Below, piece by piece: positions 1-13,570 of a DNA stretch of 64,000 nt; position 1 is the first letter of the stretch; each line of letters begins with the position of its first letter. The stretch is from the human T2T-CHM13v2.0 reference genome, Homo sapiens. The notes below the pieces were generated by a model. It was not told where the DNA came from and did no database searches. It saw only the letters and a list, made by a program, of their open reading frames with translations. The DNA is taken from the NCBI RefSeq assembly GCF_009914755.1, contig NC_060938.1, one strand, 5' to 3'. The translations under genes were made by a program, and so were the position numbers.

Positions 1-74
1 GAAGAGACAGAATTTTAGAAATCTGGGAGAAGTGAGAGGATGCAGAACATACGGATGGGATTGGTGGAAGCTTT

Positions 75-635
75 GTGTGGCAGATTGTATTTTTCAAAGA
101 CAGCTGCAACAATATCTCAGTTTCACATGCTATTCTGGAAACTTTTCACTCCCCATCAAAAGGTAGAGTGTATGTACTTTCCCTTCAAGTCCAGATGGGT
201 ATTTATGACTGCCTCAAGTGATGTAACTTCCAAGACTAGGTTATAAAAATGCCACACACTTCGAACTTGTTTTCTTGAAATGTTCACTTTTAGAACCACC
301 CATCATGCTATGAGAAAGTCCAAACTAGCCCATGTAGACAGACTACATAGGGAGGCTATATGGGTGTTCCTGCTGACAGCCCAGCTGAGGTCCTTGCCAA
401 CAGCCAGCATCAACTGCCAGATGTGTGTATGAAGATGCCTCTAGATGACTCTGGTCCTTGTTGAGTCACCCCCAGCCTTCAGGTATTCCCACATGAAGCA
501 CCAGGCTTCATGGAGCATAGCCCAGGTGTCTCTGCTGTGCTCTGAAATTCCTGGACCAGGCAATCGATGAGAATAATCCTGTGGTTGTTTTATGGCACTA
601 AATTATGGAGCAGTTTGCAGTACAGCAACAGCAAT
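75..635 (+). mobile_element. MLT1-family MaLR LTR
   Basis: Typical MLT1 motifs (catgctatgagaaagtccaaactagccc; cagccagcatcaactgccag; gttgttttatggcactaaatt). Confidence 0.7.
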
Positions 636-799
636 AGGGTACTCAGGTTCAACTGTCAAGAGACCAGTCAACAGTGTAGCAAATAGATAACAGGCAAGAA
701 AAGCCACACAAAACCAGGTGTGAGAAGTGGTCCTATTTCATTGCTTGGTCACGGATTACTGAACAGGAGATTTGAAACCCTTAACGGCATATCTGATCA

Positions 800-1850
800 G
801 CAGGGGTTTAATGGGAAGAAGATGATTGGAACATAATTCCAGAGTAAAAGAAAGATATATGAACAAGCAGATGAGGTTAAAGTGGTCCTGTATGTGAGGA
901 AGGCATAAGTAATTTTAAAACAAAAATTTATAAAATATCTATGGGAGGAAATTACATTTTCATGTGAATCTGAAAATCACACTCACATATAATAAAACAT
1001 TTGCGATTTTATGATGCAATATACTCTTGGAGGTTGCTTGAGAAGGCAGATTGTCAGATGAATTAAACTTGTGTATTTATTGGCTTACTAGAACATATTT
1101 AGCATCCTTTTTTGGGAACCACTGAGTGAGTGAATGAGGTGGTAAAGTATACTTTTATTTTTCAAGATTGAATGGATAAAACAGTGAAACATGAGTGTAA
1201 AAAAGTGGAGGCACTCTTTTTTTCCTTTTTCTCTTAATATATATGTATTTTTTTTTCTTTTTCTTTTTCACACCTGGTGAACAGGAAGTAGTGGTTCTCT
1301 TTATTGTAGATCACCTGACTTGTCCCAAAGACTGAGTAAAAAATGAGATGATAGAAGCTGTTAATTGAATGCAAACAGTACTACTTGATGAAACAAATGG
1401 TGGAAAATGCCTTATTATGATGGAAATTAAAGGTGATGTTTTTAAGATCTGGGGATATAAAAATAGACTGGCATATAAACCAGGCCAGGTGTTAGCTATA
1501 ATTCTTTTAGCAATGGTGTTTATGCCCAGTTAAATTCAATATCCTCATGGGAGAAGGGAGATAACTGAGATAAAATAGGCAAATTAGTTAATGAAAAATT
1601 GAAAAATAGAATATGAAAAGGTAATAACCCATATGAGCCAGGTAAATTACAGACACAGTGGAAGTTCAAGAAATAACCATTTCTGGATCAATATTTTCAT
1701 GTACTTAATATTTTTTCCTTGGTGATTAATAGCATAATCAAAGAGGCTGTTATGGGTAAAAATATGTCTCTTAAAATATGGTAAAATTGACAAGGTGAGG
1801 AAAAAATGAGGTCACTGAAAAGTGTTAATTATAAATTAGGAAACCAAAAA
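800..1850 (+). mobile_element. Ancient CR1/L3-like LINE ORF2 endonuclease remnant
   Basis: Broken translations VVLYVRK and VVLFIVDH/YCRSPD resemble the CR1 EN motifs GVALYVK and VGVCYRPP. Confidence 0.35.
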
Positions 1851-1904
1851 TTCTCACAGGGACTGAAAACCAACTTAAAAAAAAAAAAAACCAACATACC
1901 AAAC

Positions 1905-2205
1905 TTTTTTTTTTTTTTTTTTGAGACAGGGTCTCTGTTGCCTAGGCTGGAGTGCAGTGACAAGATCACAGCTCATTGCAACCTTGACCTCCTGGGCTCA
2001 ATCGACCCTCCCACCTCAGCCTTCTGAGTGCCTGGGACTACAGGTGCACCCCAGCATGGCTGGCTAATTTTTGTATTTTTTTTTTTTGTAGAGATAGGAT
2101 TTTGTCATGTTGCTCAGGCTGGTCTCAAACACCTGGCCTCAAGCGATCTATCCTCTTCGGCCTGGAAAGGTGCTGGAACTACAGGCATGAGCTACCATGC
2201 CCAGC
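1905..2205 (-). mobile_element. AluJ
   Basis: Poly-T then gagacagggtctc...ggcatgagctaccatgcccagc; accaaactttt on both flanks. Confidence 0.9.
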
Positions 2206-3221
2206 TCAAACCAAACTTTTAATTGCAGCATGATGCTCTGCTAATGTAACTCAGTGAGCAATCACAAAGTGAACACATCCCTGTTACCACCACCCTAGTC
2301 AGGAAATAGGACATCACCACATCAGAGGCCCCCCGACAACCATGTGCCTCATCCTAATTCTTAACATCTCCACCCTCACCAAATGTGACTGCCATCTTGA
2401 CTTTTAACACCAAAGATTAGTTTTGTTTGTTTCTGTTCTTTATGTAAGTGTGCTGACACAATAGGTCTCCTTTTAAGTTTGGCTTTTGCTCCCCTTAACA
2501 TTATGCTTGTGAGATTCATCAATGTCATTGTAATAGCAGTTAATTTTTGTTGCTGGGGAGTATCCTATCGTATCACTGTACCATAATTTATATGAATAAA
2601 TAAGTAGTATTTATTCATTCTACTGTTGAAGGAATTTTGGGCTGTTTCACATATCATGCTATAATGAATATTCTTGTTCATGCTTTAGGATGCAGAGATT
2701 TCTTTTGGGTGTGTTCTTAGGCATGAATTGATGTCATAGGATATGTGCATTTTCAGTTTCTCAGCTGATACTGAGAAAGTGAAAAGTGACGGAGCTGTTA
2801 ACGGCACTTCCTCTAATAGTGTAGGAGAGTTCCAGTTGCTCTCCTTGTCAATATTGATATTATCAATCTTTCTAACTTTAGCTATTCTAATGAGTGCATG
2901 CTGCTATTGCTCATGGTTTTAATTTCTAATTTTTTACTAATGAGGTTAGTACCCTTCATATATTTACAGTTCAGTTGGTTATCTTACTTTTGTTAACTTT
3001 CTGTTCAAGTCTCTTATCTGTGTTTCATTGAGTTGTCTGATGTTTTTTCTTATTGATTGATAGGCACAACTTGTAAGTTCTGCATGTGAGCCCTTTGTTG
3101 ATATATGTGTTGCAAGGATCTTCTCCCATTCTACGGTTTGCCTTTTTCGCTCACTTAAAGGTGTCTTTTCATGAGCAAAAGTCCTTCTTGTAGTCTCATT
3201 TTTAAAATCGTTTTTCCTTTA

Positions 3222-3335
3222 AGGCGATAATTCTCAATGATAGGGTGAGTATTTTTCAGGCAATATTTGGGACATACTGAGTATCTATCATCTATCTATC
3301 TATGATATCTTCCTATCTATCTAATCTATCTAAGA

Positions 3336-3378
<43 letters not shown>

Positions 3379-3650
3379 ATGGTTTTTTCCTTGTTGTTTA
3401 TCTGAGATTCTAATTGAATTTGGCATCTTGTTTTTTCCTCCTAAATCTGGTAACCATACCCAGGGGACATTGGAGAATGTATTGGAGAAACTTTGTTGTC
3501 ATAACTGGGAAGTGGTGGTGGGGAATCGGTTGGTATCCCATGGGTAGAGGTCAAGGATGCTGCTGAACGTCCTACAACGCACAGAACAGCTCCCCACAAC
3601 AAAATTGTATCCAGTTTGAAATGTCAATAGTGCAAGGTTGAGAATCTTGC
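3222..3650 (+). mobile_element. MER20 (hAT) interrupted by a MER53 half (about 3260-3460)
   Basis: ccaggggacattgg...ggtagaggtcaaggatgctgctgaacgtcctacaacgcacag...gttgagaa; MER53 end ttgtttatctgagattc...atctggtaacc. Confidence 0.7.
3283..3378. repeat. (TCTA)n tetranucleotide microsatellite
   Basis: Seen directly. Confidence 0.95.
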
Positions 3651-4196
3651 TTTAAAGTTAGTGCTTTTTTATGTGCCTTGAAGAAATCTATCTAAACTCC
3701 AAAGTTTTAAAGATATTTTTCTATTGTATCATCTCAAAGTTTTATTGTTTTACCTTTCCCATGTAGATCACCTGGAATTAACTTTTGTGTGTCTGTGAGA
3801 TAGGGGTCAAATTTCATTTTTGCTTCTAGATATTCACTTGACCCAGCAATATTGATTGAAATGACCATCCTTCCCACTTCTCTACAGTTCCTCCTTTGTC
3901 ATAAACCAAGTGTTTATGGATAAAGGTGTTTGTTTCTGGTCTCCATTCTGTTCTATTGCTTTAATTGATTGTGTTTGCATCCACACCATATTTTACTAAT
4001 TACAGTAGTTTTAAATAAATCTTGGCATCTGGAAGCAATCTTTTTTTTTGGCCTTTAAAACATTTATATAAATGTCTGGGGTGCAAGTGCAATTTCATTA
4101 CATGCATATATTGCATAATGGTCAACTCAGAGCTTTTAGGGTATCTAGTACCCTAATAACCTACACTGTACCCATTAAGTAATTTCTCATCACGGG

Positions 4197-4680
4197 AGTA
4201 TCTCGATTGGATTTCCTCAGAAACAGACCCTGATACAAAAATTTGAGTGCAAATAGTTTGTTTGTGATGTGATTCCTGGAAGCACTGATGGGTGAGTGAA
4301 GAAGTGAAACAGAGAAGGAAAGAAAATACAGGGTGTTTCAATGAGCAAATTACCTCTGTGGGCACCTGGGGATTTATCTCACCCAGGACTTTTGGAAGAT
4401 GGTGTGGGACATGTCTCAGCACTGTTCCACTAGAAGGAACATGAATGAAATAATGAAACTGGGTTATTTATCCAGCAATTCTCATCCATAATGGGTTAAG
4501 GCAACTTTAGGGGCATTAACTCTCTGACATTTCTTGTCTGCTGTGTAGTCTGGCTGAGCATGCTCTTGTGGCCTGAGAAAGCTTTTGGGGAGAGTTGTGG
4601 AAGATTGGCATAAGAAGCCTTCTGTAGAGGCTCACTTTGGTGAGCATTGATGATACGTTGGCAGGACACCAACAGTATCA
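4197..4680 (-). mobile_element. ERVL-class LTR (LTR16-like)
   Basis: ggatttcctcagaaacagaccctgatacaaaaatttgagtgcaaatagttt motif. Confidence 0.55.
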
Positions 4681-4804
4681 CCTACCCTCCACCTTTTGAA
4701 ATGGTCTGATCCAGTACCTCACATTGAGTTCATTTCATCTTGTCACTGATTGTTCAAGGGGGTAGCCATTTCAATTTATAATAAAACGGTCTTATAAAGG
4801 GAAG

Positions 4805-5225
4805 TGTATTACTCAGGGTTCTCTAGAGAAACTGACCCAATAGGATAGATATTATTTGTAATACAGAGAGAGAGAGAGAGAGACAGAGAGAGAGAGAGGA
4901 GAGAGGAGAGAGGAGAGAGAGATTAAAGAATTGGCTCAAGCTGTGGAAGCTAGCAAGTCTGAAATCTGTAGGGCAAGCCAGCAGGCTGGAAATTCAGATA
5001 AGAGTTCAAGAGTTGATGCTGGAGTCTTGAATCTGAATTCCTCAGGGCAGCAGGCTGGAAACTCAGGCAGTATTTCTATGTTGCTGTCTTGAGGAGAATT
5101 CTTTCTACTTTGGGGAACCTCAGTCTTTGCTTTTCAGGTCCTCAACTTATGGGATAAGGCCCACCTATGTTATGGAGGATAATTTGCTTTACTTAAAGTC
5201 TACTGATTTAAATGTTAATCACACA
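4805..5225. mobile_element. MLT2 LTR with internal (GA)n repeat (4865-4922), truncated by an L1
   Basis: tgtattactcagggttctctagagaaac...ggaggataatttgctttacttaaagtctactgatttaaatgttaatc. Confidence 0.8.
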
Positions 5226-6965
5226 GATTCATTGCAATCCCTATAGAAATACCAGTGACATTTTTCACAGAAATAGAAAAAAATCCTAAAATTTTTATGC
5301 AACCACAAAAGACCTCAAATAGCCAAAGTAATCTTGAACAAAAAGCACAAAGCTGGAGGCTTCACACTACTAGACTTCAAAATATACTGCAAAGTTGAAG
5401 CAACCAAAATAGCATGGTACTAGCATAAACAATAGACACATAGACTGATGGAACAGAAATGAGAGCCAAGAAATTAATCCATGTAACTACAGCCAACTAC
5501 TTTTTGACAAAGGCACCAAGAACTCTCATTAGTGAAAGGACAGCCTCTTCAATAAATGGTGCTGGAAAAACTCGATATCCATATGCAGAAGAATGAAACT
5601 AGACTCCCACCTCTCACCCTATATGAAAATCAACTCACAGTGGATCAAAGATCTAAATATAAGACATGAAACTACAAAACTACTAGAAGAAAACATAGTG
5701 GAAACACTTCAGGACATTGCTCTGTGAAAAGATTTTATGAATAAGACCTCAAAAGCACAGGCAACAAAAGCAAAATAAACAAGTGGGATTATATCAAACT
5801 AAAAAGCTTCTATACAGCAAAGGAAACCCTACATAAAAGGAAAAGACAACAGAGTAAAAATACAACCTACAGTATGGGGGGAGATTTTTGTAAACAATTC
5901 ATCTGACAGAAGATTAATATCCAGAATATACAAGGAACTAAAAATCTCAATAGCATAAAAAAACCCACCCCAAAATGATTAAAACATGGGCAAACGATCC
6001 AAACACAGACAGTTCTGAAAAGAAGACAAACAAATGGTCAACAAATATTTAAAAGATACTCAACATTGCTAATCACCAGGGAAAGGTAAATCAAAACCAC
6101 AATGAGGTATCATCTCACTGCAGTTAGAGTGGCTATTACCAAAAAGACAAAAAATAGCAAATGCTGGCGAGGATGTGGAGTAAAGGGAACTCTTATATAC
6201 TGTTGGTGGGAATGTGAACTAGTACAGCCACTATGGAGAAAAGTATGGAGGTTCCTCAAGAAACTACAAACAGAACTACCACATGATCTAACAATCCTAC
6301 TACTGGGCATTTATCCAAAGGAAAGGAAATCAGTATATTGAAGAAACATGTGCATCCCTAAGTTTATTTCAGCACTATTCACAATAAGCCAAGATATATA
6401 ATCAACCTAGGTGTCCAACAACAGATGAATGGATAAAGAAAATGTGGTATATGTACACAATGGAATAAATTCATCAAGCCACATTCAGCCATAACAAAGA
6501 ATGAAATCCTTTCATTTGCAATGGCATGGATAGAACTAGAGGACATTATGTTAAGTGAAATAAGCCAGGAACAGAAAGTTAAACACCACATGTTCTCACT
6601 CATTTGGGAAGCTAAAGAAAAGTTGATCTCATAGAAGTAAAAAGTAGAACAAGAGGGTACTAGATACTAGAGAAGGGGGTGGGGAGAGGAGGAGATTTGT
6701 TAAAGGATACAAAATTAGAGCTAGATAGCAAGAATGAGTTCTAGGGTTCTATAGCACCATAGGATAACTACAGTTAACAATAATATATAGTTTCAAATAG
6801 CTAGAAGGAGGATATTGACTGTCCTCAACACGAAGAAATGATGTTTTAGATGATGGATATGCTAATTACCCTGACCTGACCACTATACATTATATGTATC
6901 AAAACATCACCATGTATGTACTCCATAAATATGTACAATTATATATCAATAACAAAATTTAAAAA
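5225..6965 (+). mobile_element. L1MA-type LINE, 3' part of ORF2 plus 3' UTR
   Basis: ORF 6102..6341 [21 protein letters not shown] is the L1 ORF2 C-terminus; L1MA-type 3' UTR. Confidence 0.9.
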
Positions 6966-7038
6966 TGAAAATGTCATACAAATATTAATAGCATCTTAAA
7001 AAATATTTTTATAGGGACAAGCTACAGTCCATACTTTT

Positions 7039-7987
7039 TTTCATAATTTTATTTTATTTTTATTATACATTAAGTTCTAGGGTACATGCGCACAATGTGC
7101 AGGTTTGTTACATAGATATACAGGTGCTACGTTGATTTGCTGCACCCATTAACTCGTCACTTATATTAGGTATTTCTCCTAATGCTATCCCTCCCCCTGC
7201 CCCCCACCCCACGACAGGCCCCTGTGTGTGATGTTCCCCGCCCTGTGTCCAAGTGTTCTCATTGTTCGATTCCCACCTATGAGTGAGAATATGCAGTGTT
7301 TGGTTTTCTGTCCTTGTGATAGTTTGCTCAGAATGATGGTTTCCAGCTTCATCCATGTCCCTACAAAGAACATGGACTCATCCTTTTTTATGACTGTATA
7401 GTATTCCATGATGTATATGTGCCACATTTTCTTAATCCAGTCTATCATTGATTGACATTTGGGTTTGTTCCAAGTGTTTGCTATTGTGAATAGTGCTGAA
7501 GTAAACATAAGTGTGCATGTGTCTTTATACTAGCATGATTTATAATCCTTTGGGTATATACCCAGTAATGGGATGGCTGGGTCAAATGGTATTTCTAGTT
7601 CTAGATCCATGAGGAATCACCACACTCCCTTCCACAATGGTTGAACTAGTTTCCACTCCCACCAAGAGTGTAAAAGCGTTCCTATTTCTCCACATCCTCT
7701 CCAGCATCTGTTGTTTCCTGACTTTTTAATGATCGCCTTTCTAACTGGTGTGAGATGGTATCTCATTGTGGTTTTGATTTGCATTTTTCTGATGACCAGT
7801 GATGATGAGCGTTTTTTCATGTGTCTGTTGGCTGCATAAATGTCTTCTTTTGAGAAGTGTCTGTTCATATCCTTTGCCCACTTTTTGATGGGGTTGTTTT
7901 TTTCTTGTAAATTTGTTTAAGTTCTTTGTAGATTCTGGATATTAGCTCTTTGTCAGATGGGTAGACTGCAAACATTTTCTTCCATTC
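7039..7987 (-). mobile_element. 5'-truncated L1PA with TSD gctacagtccatactttt (7021-7038 / 7988-8005)
   Basis: L1PA 3' UTR and ORF2 end; TSD seen directly. Confidence 0.93.
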
Positions 7988-8005
7988 GCTACAGTCCATA
8001 CTTTT

Positions 8006-9704
8006 ACAGTGAGTCCTGAGGTCATTATTAACAGTCATTATCTTCCTTTAGCACCTTTTCTGCATTCCCTACCCTAACTCCCTGGCAAGCACTTCTGATG
8101 GTTTAGGTTGTTTATTCAATAAGGCAAATCGGATCTTTATCTCTAAGGTTACCGTGCCATTGTTAAGGCAGGATTTCTGCAATTGTGTGTTATAGTTATC
8201 ACTGGGTAGAAGCATCAAGAAGTGTCTTGTACTGCTTCCTGGGCCACAATTACATTGTTTTGTGGCAACAACTTGATCTCTTCATGATAACCAGGGTCAT
8301 TTAGTAACTTCACTGTTGCCTAGAGATCTACTGTCAAAAGAAGCTTGACATGACAGTTGGCAGCCGTAACTTTATTTTTTAGTGAAACCCTTATTGTATC
8401 CCTGGCCCTGGTGAAAGCAAATCCCCCACTCTGTGCTTGGAAATGAGGACCTTTATTAAGTGGGACCTAAAATTGTAGGGACAGAAAAGCCAAATTTACC
8501 ACGTTGGTCCCTAGGAGTGCTTGCCTTATACTATGACTTGGTGGTTCTGATATGATTCAGCTCATGATGGACAGCTGTGATCACACAGTCACCCTTATGT
8601 CCCATGGTCAGATACTCAGTGTCTGCTAGGGCCCAGTAGCACCCTGGGAGCTACTTTTCATATGGTAAATAGTTCTCTGCTACATATGGCATAACCTTAC
8701 TATGGAACCCTAGAGGTCTGTGCTATAATTCACTTATGAGGGCTTGTCAGTCATTTCAGAGGTGCCCACCCTTATCTGTCATGGCTACCTTTAGCACCCA
8801 TGGAATCTGCTGGGTCATATGATTACGGGCCAGGGCTGCTCATACAGCAGGATGAATGTGCCGCAGGACTCTCTTGTTTTGGGAGATCCTCTAAAAAGCT
8901 GACAGCAGCCTTCTGAGAAAACCCATTAAATGGGCTGGAACAGTATTCCCAAGAGTGTTATATGCTATGTGCAAAATCCAAAGAGGGCTGCCGGGCACTG
9001 CGCCTCTTTGTAGTCCATGTCGTCAATATAGCGGATCCATCTGATGATCTGTGGAATGTCCACATGCAAAGGTCTCTTTGGACTGTGTTGAGAGAGAACC
9101 GGAGGTTTAATATAGTGCTGAGATGAGACTGCTTTCCATCCTGGGTGAATGCAAACTGTTCTGATCCTTCCTCCTGACGGGAACTAAAAGAACACATTTG
9201 CCTTATCAAAAGTCACATATCAAATGCTAGAGGCTGTGTTGCTCTATTCTAATGAAGACACAACATACAAAACTGCAGTAACCGCTGCCCCACCACTTGG
9301 TAGAGTAGTCTGCTATCATCTGCTAGGGTGTATTTGGTTTTCCAGGTGACCATCTCTGTATCACTTAAATCTTTGAGGCTACCACCAAATTCTGCCATTT
9401 TACCTGGAATGTTGTATTGTTTCTGATTTGCCATCTTGGCTAGGTTGTGGACAACTAAAGCCTTTTTTACCGTAATGCCTCTTATTTTATAAGTCAGGGA
9501 ATCACGAGAGTTCCATCAGCGTTTAAGTGCTGCCTATACATTAAAAGTATGCACTCAGGGACCAGGGTATTTACCAAAGGGTAGGTTCAAGGACCCAACT
9601 GGCCCACTGTGGGATGGATTTAGGATAGGGCTTCCTTTATCATTTGGTGCCTTTCAAGTGCAACTCTAACAGGTGGACCACAACATATTTTGGGTTCCCT
9701 AGTA
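8006..9704 (-). mobile_element. ERVL-class internal (pol/RT) remnant; resumes after the LTR12 at about 11390-12150
   Basis: ORF 9249..9434 MANQKQYNIPGKMAEFGGSLKDLSD resembles ERVL NQKQYRIPGG.AEISATIKDLKD; ORF 8958..9209 QFAFTQDGKQ resembles QFAFSWQGQQ. Confidence 0.75.
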
Positions 9705-9708
9705 TTAG

Positions 9709-11385
9709 TGAGAGGTGACAGTGTGCTGGCAGCCCTGGCAGCCCTCGCTCACTCTTGGCGGTGCCTTGGCCTTGGCGCCCACTCTGGCCATGCTTGAGGA
9801 GCCCTTCATTCTGCCGCTGCACTGTGGGAGCCCCTCTCTCAGCTGGCTGAGGCTGGAGCCGGCTCCCTTTGCTTGCGGGGAGGTGTGGAGGGAGAGGCGC
9901 AGGTGGGAACCGGGGCTGCGCGCGGCACTCGGGGGCCAGTGTGAGTTCCGGGTGGGTGTGGGATCGGCGGCCCATGCTAGGGCTTAGCACCTGGGCCAGC
10001 AGCTGGGGAGGGTGCACCGGGTTCTCTAGCAGTGCCAGCTGGCAGGTGCTGCACTTGAATTCTTGCCAGGCCTCAGCTGCCTCTCTGTGGGGCAGAGCTC
10101 GGAACCTGCAGCCCGCCATGCCCAAGCCTCCCCACTGCCCTGGGCTCCTGCGCAGCCTGAGCCTCCTCGACAAGCACTGCCCCCTGCTCCAGGGCTCCTG
10201 GTCCCATCAACTGCCCAAGGGCTGAGGAGTGTGGGCGCATGTGGGACTGGCGGGCAGCTCTGCCTGAAAGGCCCTGGTGTAGGATCCACTAGGTGAAGCC
10301 AGCTGGGCTCCTGAGTCTAGTGGGGACTTGGAGAACCTTTATGTCTAGCTAAGGGATTGTAAATACACCAATCAGCACTCTATGTCTAGCTCAATGTTTG
10401 TAAACACACCAATCAGCACCCTGTGTCTAGCTCAAGCTTTGTAAATGCACCAATCAGTGCTCTGTGTCTAGCTAATCTGGTGGGGACTTGGAGAACTTTT
10501 ATGTCTAGCTAAGGGATTGTAAATAAACCAATCAGCAATCTGTGTCTAGCTCGAGGTTTGTAAATGCACCAATCAGCACTCTCTACCTAGCTAATCTGGT
10601 GGGGACTTGGAGAACTTTTATGTCTAGCTAAAGGATTGTAAATGCACCAATCAGCACTCTGTGTCTAGCTCAAGGTTTGTAAGCTCACCAATCAGCACCC
10701 TGTGTCCAGCTCAAGGTTTATAAATGCACCAATCAGCACTCTGTATCTAGCTAATCTGATGGGGACTTGGAGAACGTTTATGTCTGGCTCAGGGATTGTA
10801 AACGCACCAATCAGCACCCTGTCAAAACAGACCAATCAGCTGTCTGTAAATCAGACAAATCAGCTCTCTGTAAAATGGACCAATCAGCAGGATGTGGGTG
10901 GGGCCAGATAAGGGAATAAAAGCAGGCCGCCCCAGCCAGCAGTGGCAACCTGCTCGGGTCCCCTTCCACACTGTGGAAGCTTTGTTCTTTTGCTCTTTGC
11001 AATAAATCTTGCTGCTGCTCACTCTTTGGGTTTGCACTGCCTTTATAGGCTGTAACACTCACTGCGAAGGTCTGCAGCTTCACTCCGGAGGCCAGCAAGA
11101 CCATGAACCCACCAGGAGGAATGAACAACTCGGGACAGGAGGAACGAACAACTCCAGATGCGCCACCTTAAGAGCTGTAACACTCACTGCCAAGGTTTGC
11201 AGCTTCACTCCTGAAGCCAGCGAGACCATGAACCCACCAGAAGGAAGAAACTCCGAGCAAGTCTGAACATCAGAAGAGACAAACTGTGGACACACCATCT
11301 TTAAGAACTGTAACACTCACCGCGAGGGTCTGCGGCTTCATTCTTGAAGTCAGTGAGACCGAGAACCCACCAAATTCTGGACACA
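9709..11385 (+). mobile_element. Solo LTR12 (ERV9 LTR) with 4-bp TSD ttag
   Basis: TGAGAGGTGACAG...GGACACA termini; ttag at 9705-9708 and 11386-11389; tandem caccaatcagca repeats. Confidence 0.95.
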
Positions 11386-12199
11386 TTAGTACCAGCTCAG
11401 ATCCTATACACAAGACCTCCCAAAAGTGCTGCATATTTTGTAGGTTCCTTTGGCAAAGGATTGGAACAATACTTTCTGAAGGTCAGATGAAGCATAATGG
11501 AAGGACCCAAAGTCACCAGTTCTCTCAGATGCAACTGGGGCAGTGAGAAACTAAAGAAAATATTCATAAAATGGTATACAAGTAGGGGCAACACACAAGG
11601 TAGAAGAGATGTCAAATGTTTGCTCTCCTGAAACTGTTAGCTGAGCTTTGATGAGTGTCACTCCATGTTTCCTGGCATAGGTGAGGGTTCCCTCTCTCTG
11701 AAAGGGTGGTGGGATCCAGGTTACATCCCTGTTCGTAGGAGTCAGGGTTAGAAGTTAATTGTTATGGAGTGATCAAAAGATGTTTCCCTGGCTCCTGCAA
11801 TGCCTCCGACCCCCTTGGTGGCCTCTGTTACATAGGGATTGGAAGACTCCCTCTTGAGGGGTGTGGCTTCAAAAAAGGAGCATTTCCTATCTCCAGGAAA
11901 TGGAGACATGACAGTATACTTTTTGGCCTGCTTGTTTTTCTTTACCAAAAACAATTTTAGGAAAAGCTTGAGAATATCTAAGGCTCAGTGATGTGACTTT
12001 TTCCTTTTTCTTCTGTCGTTGAAGAGGAAGAGTTGAGGAACCTCCTTGGATAGAAGGGGTATAGCTTATTTTAGGACTTCAACCAAAGGCACGGGAGAGA
12101 GAACAGGCCAAAGGACTGTAAGGAAGGTTATCTCAGGATTGGGATCCGGCAGGAAAAAAGCCCTGGGTCGTTATTCTCCACTTACCCCTCCATGACAGC

Positions 12200-12658
12200 G
12201 CCTCACCTTGCTCTGGGGCCTACTTTTGAGGGCGGCTTCAAAAGCCACTCTGTGCTCTGGCTGGCAGTTGGGGTTGGCCAGTGGAAGCACTGGCAGGAGA
12301 TGGAGGGAGGAAGAGAGAGAGGTGGTGGAATTTGTTCACAGAATCTCTTGCTGCCAGACCACCAGTTGGCTGTGGGTCCTTCCTCTATTGCAGCCCACAG
12401 CTCCTGCCCTATAGCTGCAACTGGCACCATAGAGGTAGAACTTCCACTCTCTTCCCAGGTTTCAAGAACCACTCCTTCTCCAGGCCCCTTCCTGCTGGTA
12501 GGCAGTGGTGGCTTCTCACTCTTGCTAGCTCTGGGGCACATCACCATGCCCTACTGGTTTTCTGTAACTCTGCTTCTTTTGCAAATATTCCCTCTGTTGA
12601 ATTTTCCCTACATTACCCTGCGTGATTGTGCCATTGGCCACTGCTGGGATGTGACAGA
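12200..12658 (+). mobile_element. LTR33-like ERVL LTR
   Basis: gttggggttggccagtggaagcactggcaggagatggaggg...ctgctgggatgtgacaga. Confidence 0.55.
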
Positions 12659-13409
12659 AAGGCCATTTGAGGATAAAGGACCAAAGAACAGGTCAATGTG
12701 ATTATTTCAGAGCCTGAGGTGGGGTTGATTACAGAAAACTCACAGCTGGTCAGGGTGCACTTTTCAGAGCCAGGGGGCCCAGCAAAGATATGGTCATATA
12801 CTAGATGCAAATCAGAGAAGATTTTCATCAGGAAAACTATCATGAAAATTAGCAAAGATCTTAGCTTCCTGGCTACTCTTACCTAATGATGTAATTATTG
12901 ATGAGAAAATGAACCCAAAGTAATGCAGCCAACTCCTCTTCTGGGGAGTGGTTGCATTTAATTGCACTAAAGCCACGTAACAAAAACAACAGCAAAACCC
13001 CCAAACACTTAAACTACCCAAACAAATTGAAAGTGCTGAAAAGTTGAGTGAGGACAGAAGCCTCTCATCATTTAATCCAAAACATAGACTCACTAAATAA
13101 TAACCCCAGCCACAAATCATGTAATCTAGAGAGAGATCTATGAGCTCTTTCTCTGTCTCTCTCTGGCCTGGCAGACTGAGAGATCCAGTGCACAGAAGAT
13201 CCAGTGCACAGAAGGGCAGCCTCATATGGTTTGTATGGGGAATACTTAGTCTTGGGATATTCAAAGGGAAAAGAGGAAAAGTCCAGGGTTTTTCCTGGAA
13301 AAACCAGGCTTGCCTTAGAGCTCTCATACTGACAAACCCTTTAATTACATGTATTGTGCTGTGTATTGGCATGTAGTCAGTGTTCAGTGTTTTTTGGAGT
13401 TGTTGTTTG

Positions 13410-13570
13410 CTTTTTTTGTTTTTATAGACAGAGTCTCACTCTGTTGCCCAGGCTGGAATACAGTGGCACAATCATAGCTCACTGTAGCCTCGAAATCCTG
13501 GGCTCAAGCGATCCTCCTGCCTTGGCCTCCTGTGTAGCTAGGATTACAGACCCACACTACTGGGCCTGGC
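13410..13570 (-). mobile_element. Alu monomer / AluJ fragment
   Basis: agacagagtctcactctgttgcccaggctgg...gggattacag. Confidence 0.85.

Larger units (their letters stand above)
2220..4190 (-). mobile_element. Old L1M fragments hosting nested MER20/MER53
   Basis: L1M 3'-region/ORF2 antisense motifs. Confidence 0.6.

Noticed and set aside
9640-10296. GC-rich overlapping ORFs
   Set aside because: Inside LTR12; artefacts of high GC content
10330-10890. Regular repeats resembling a CRISPR-like array
   Set aside because: Normal LTR12 U3 tandem enhancer repeats with no unique spacers
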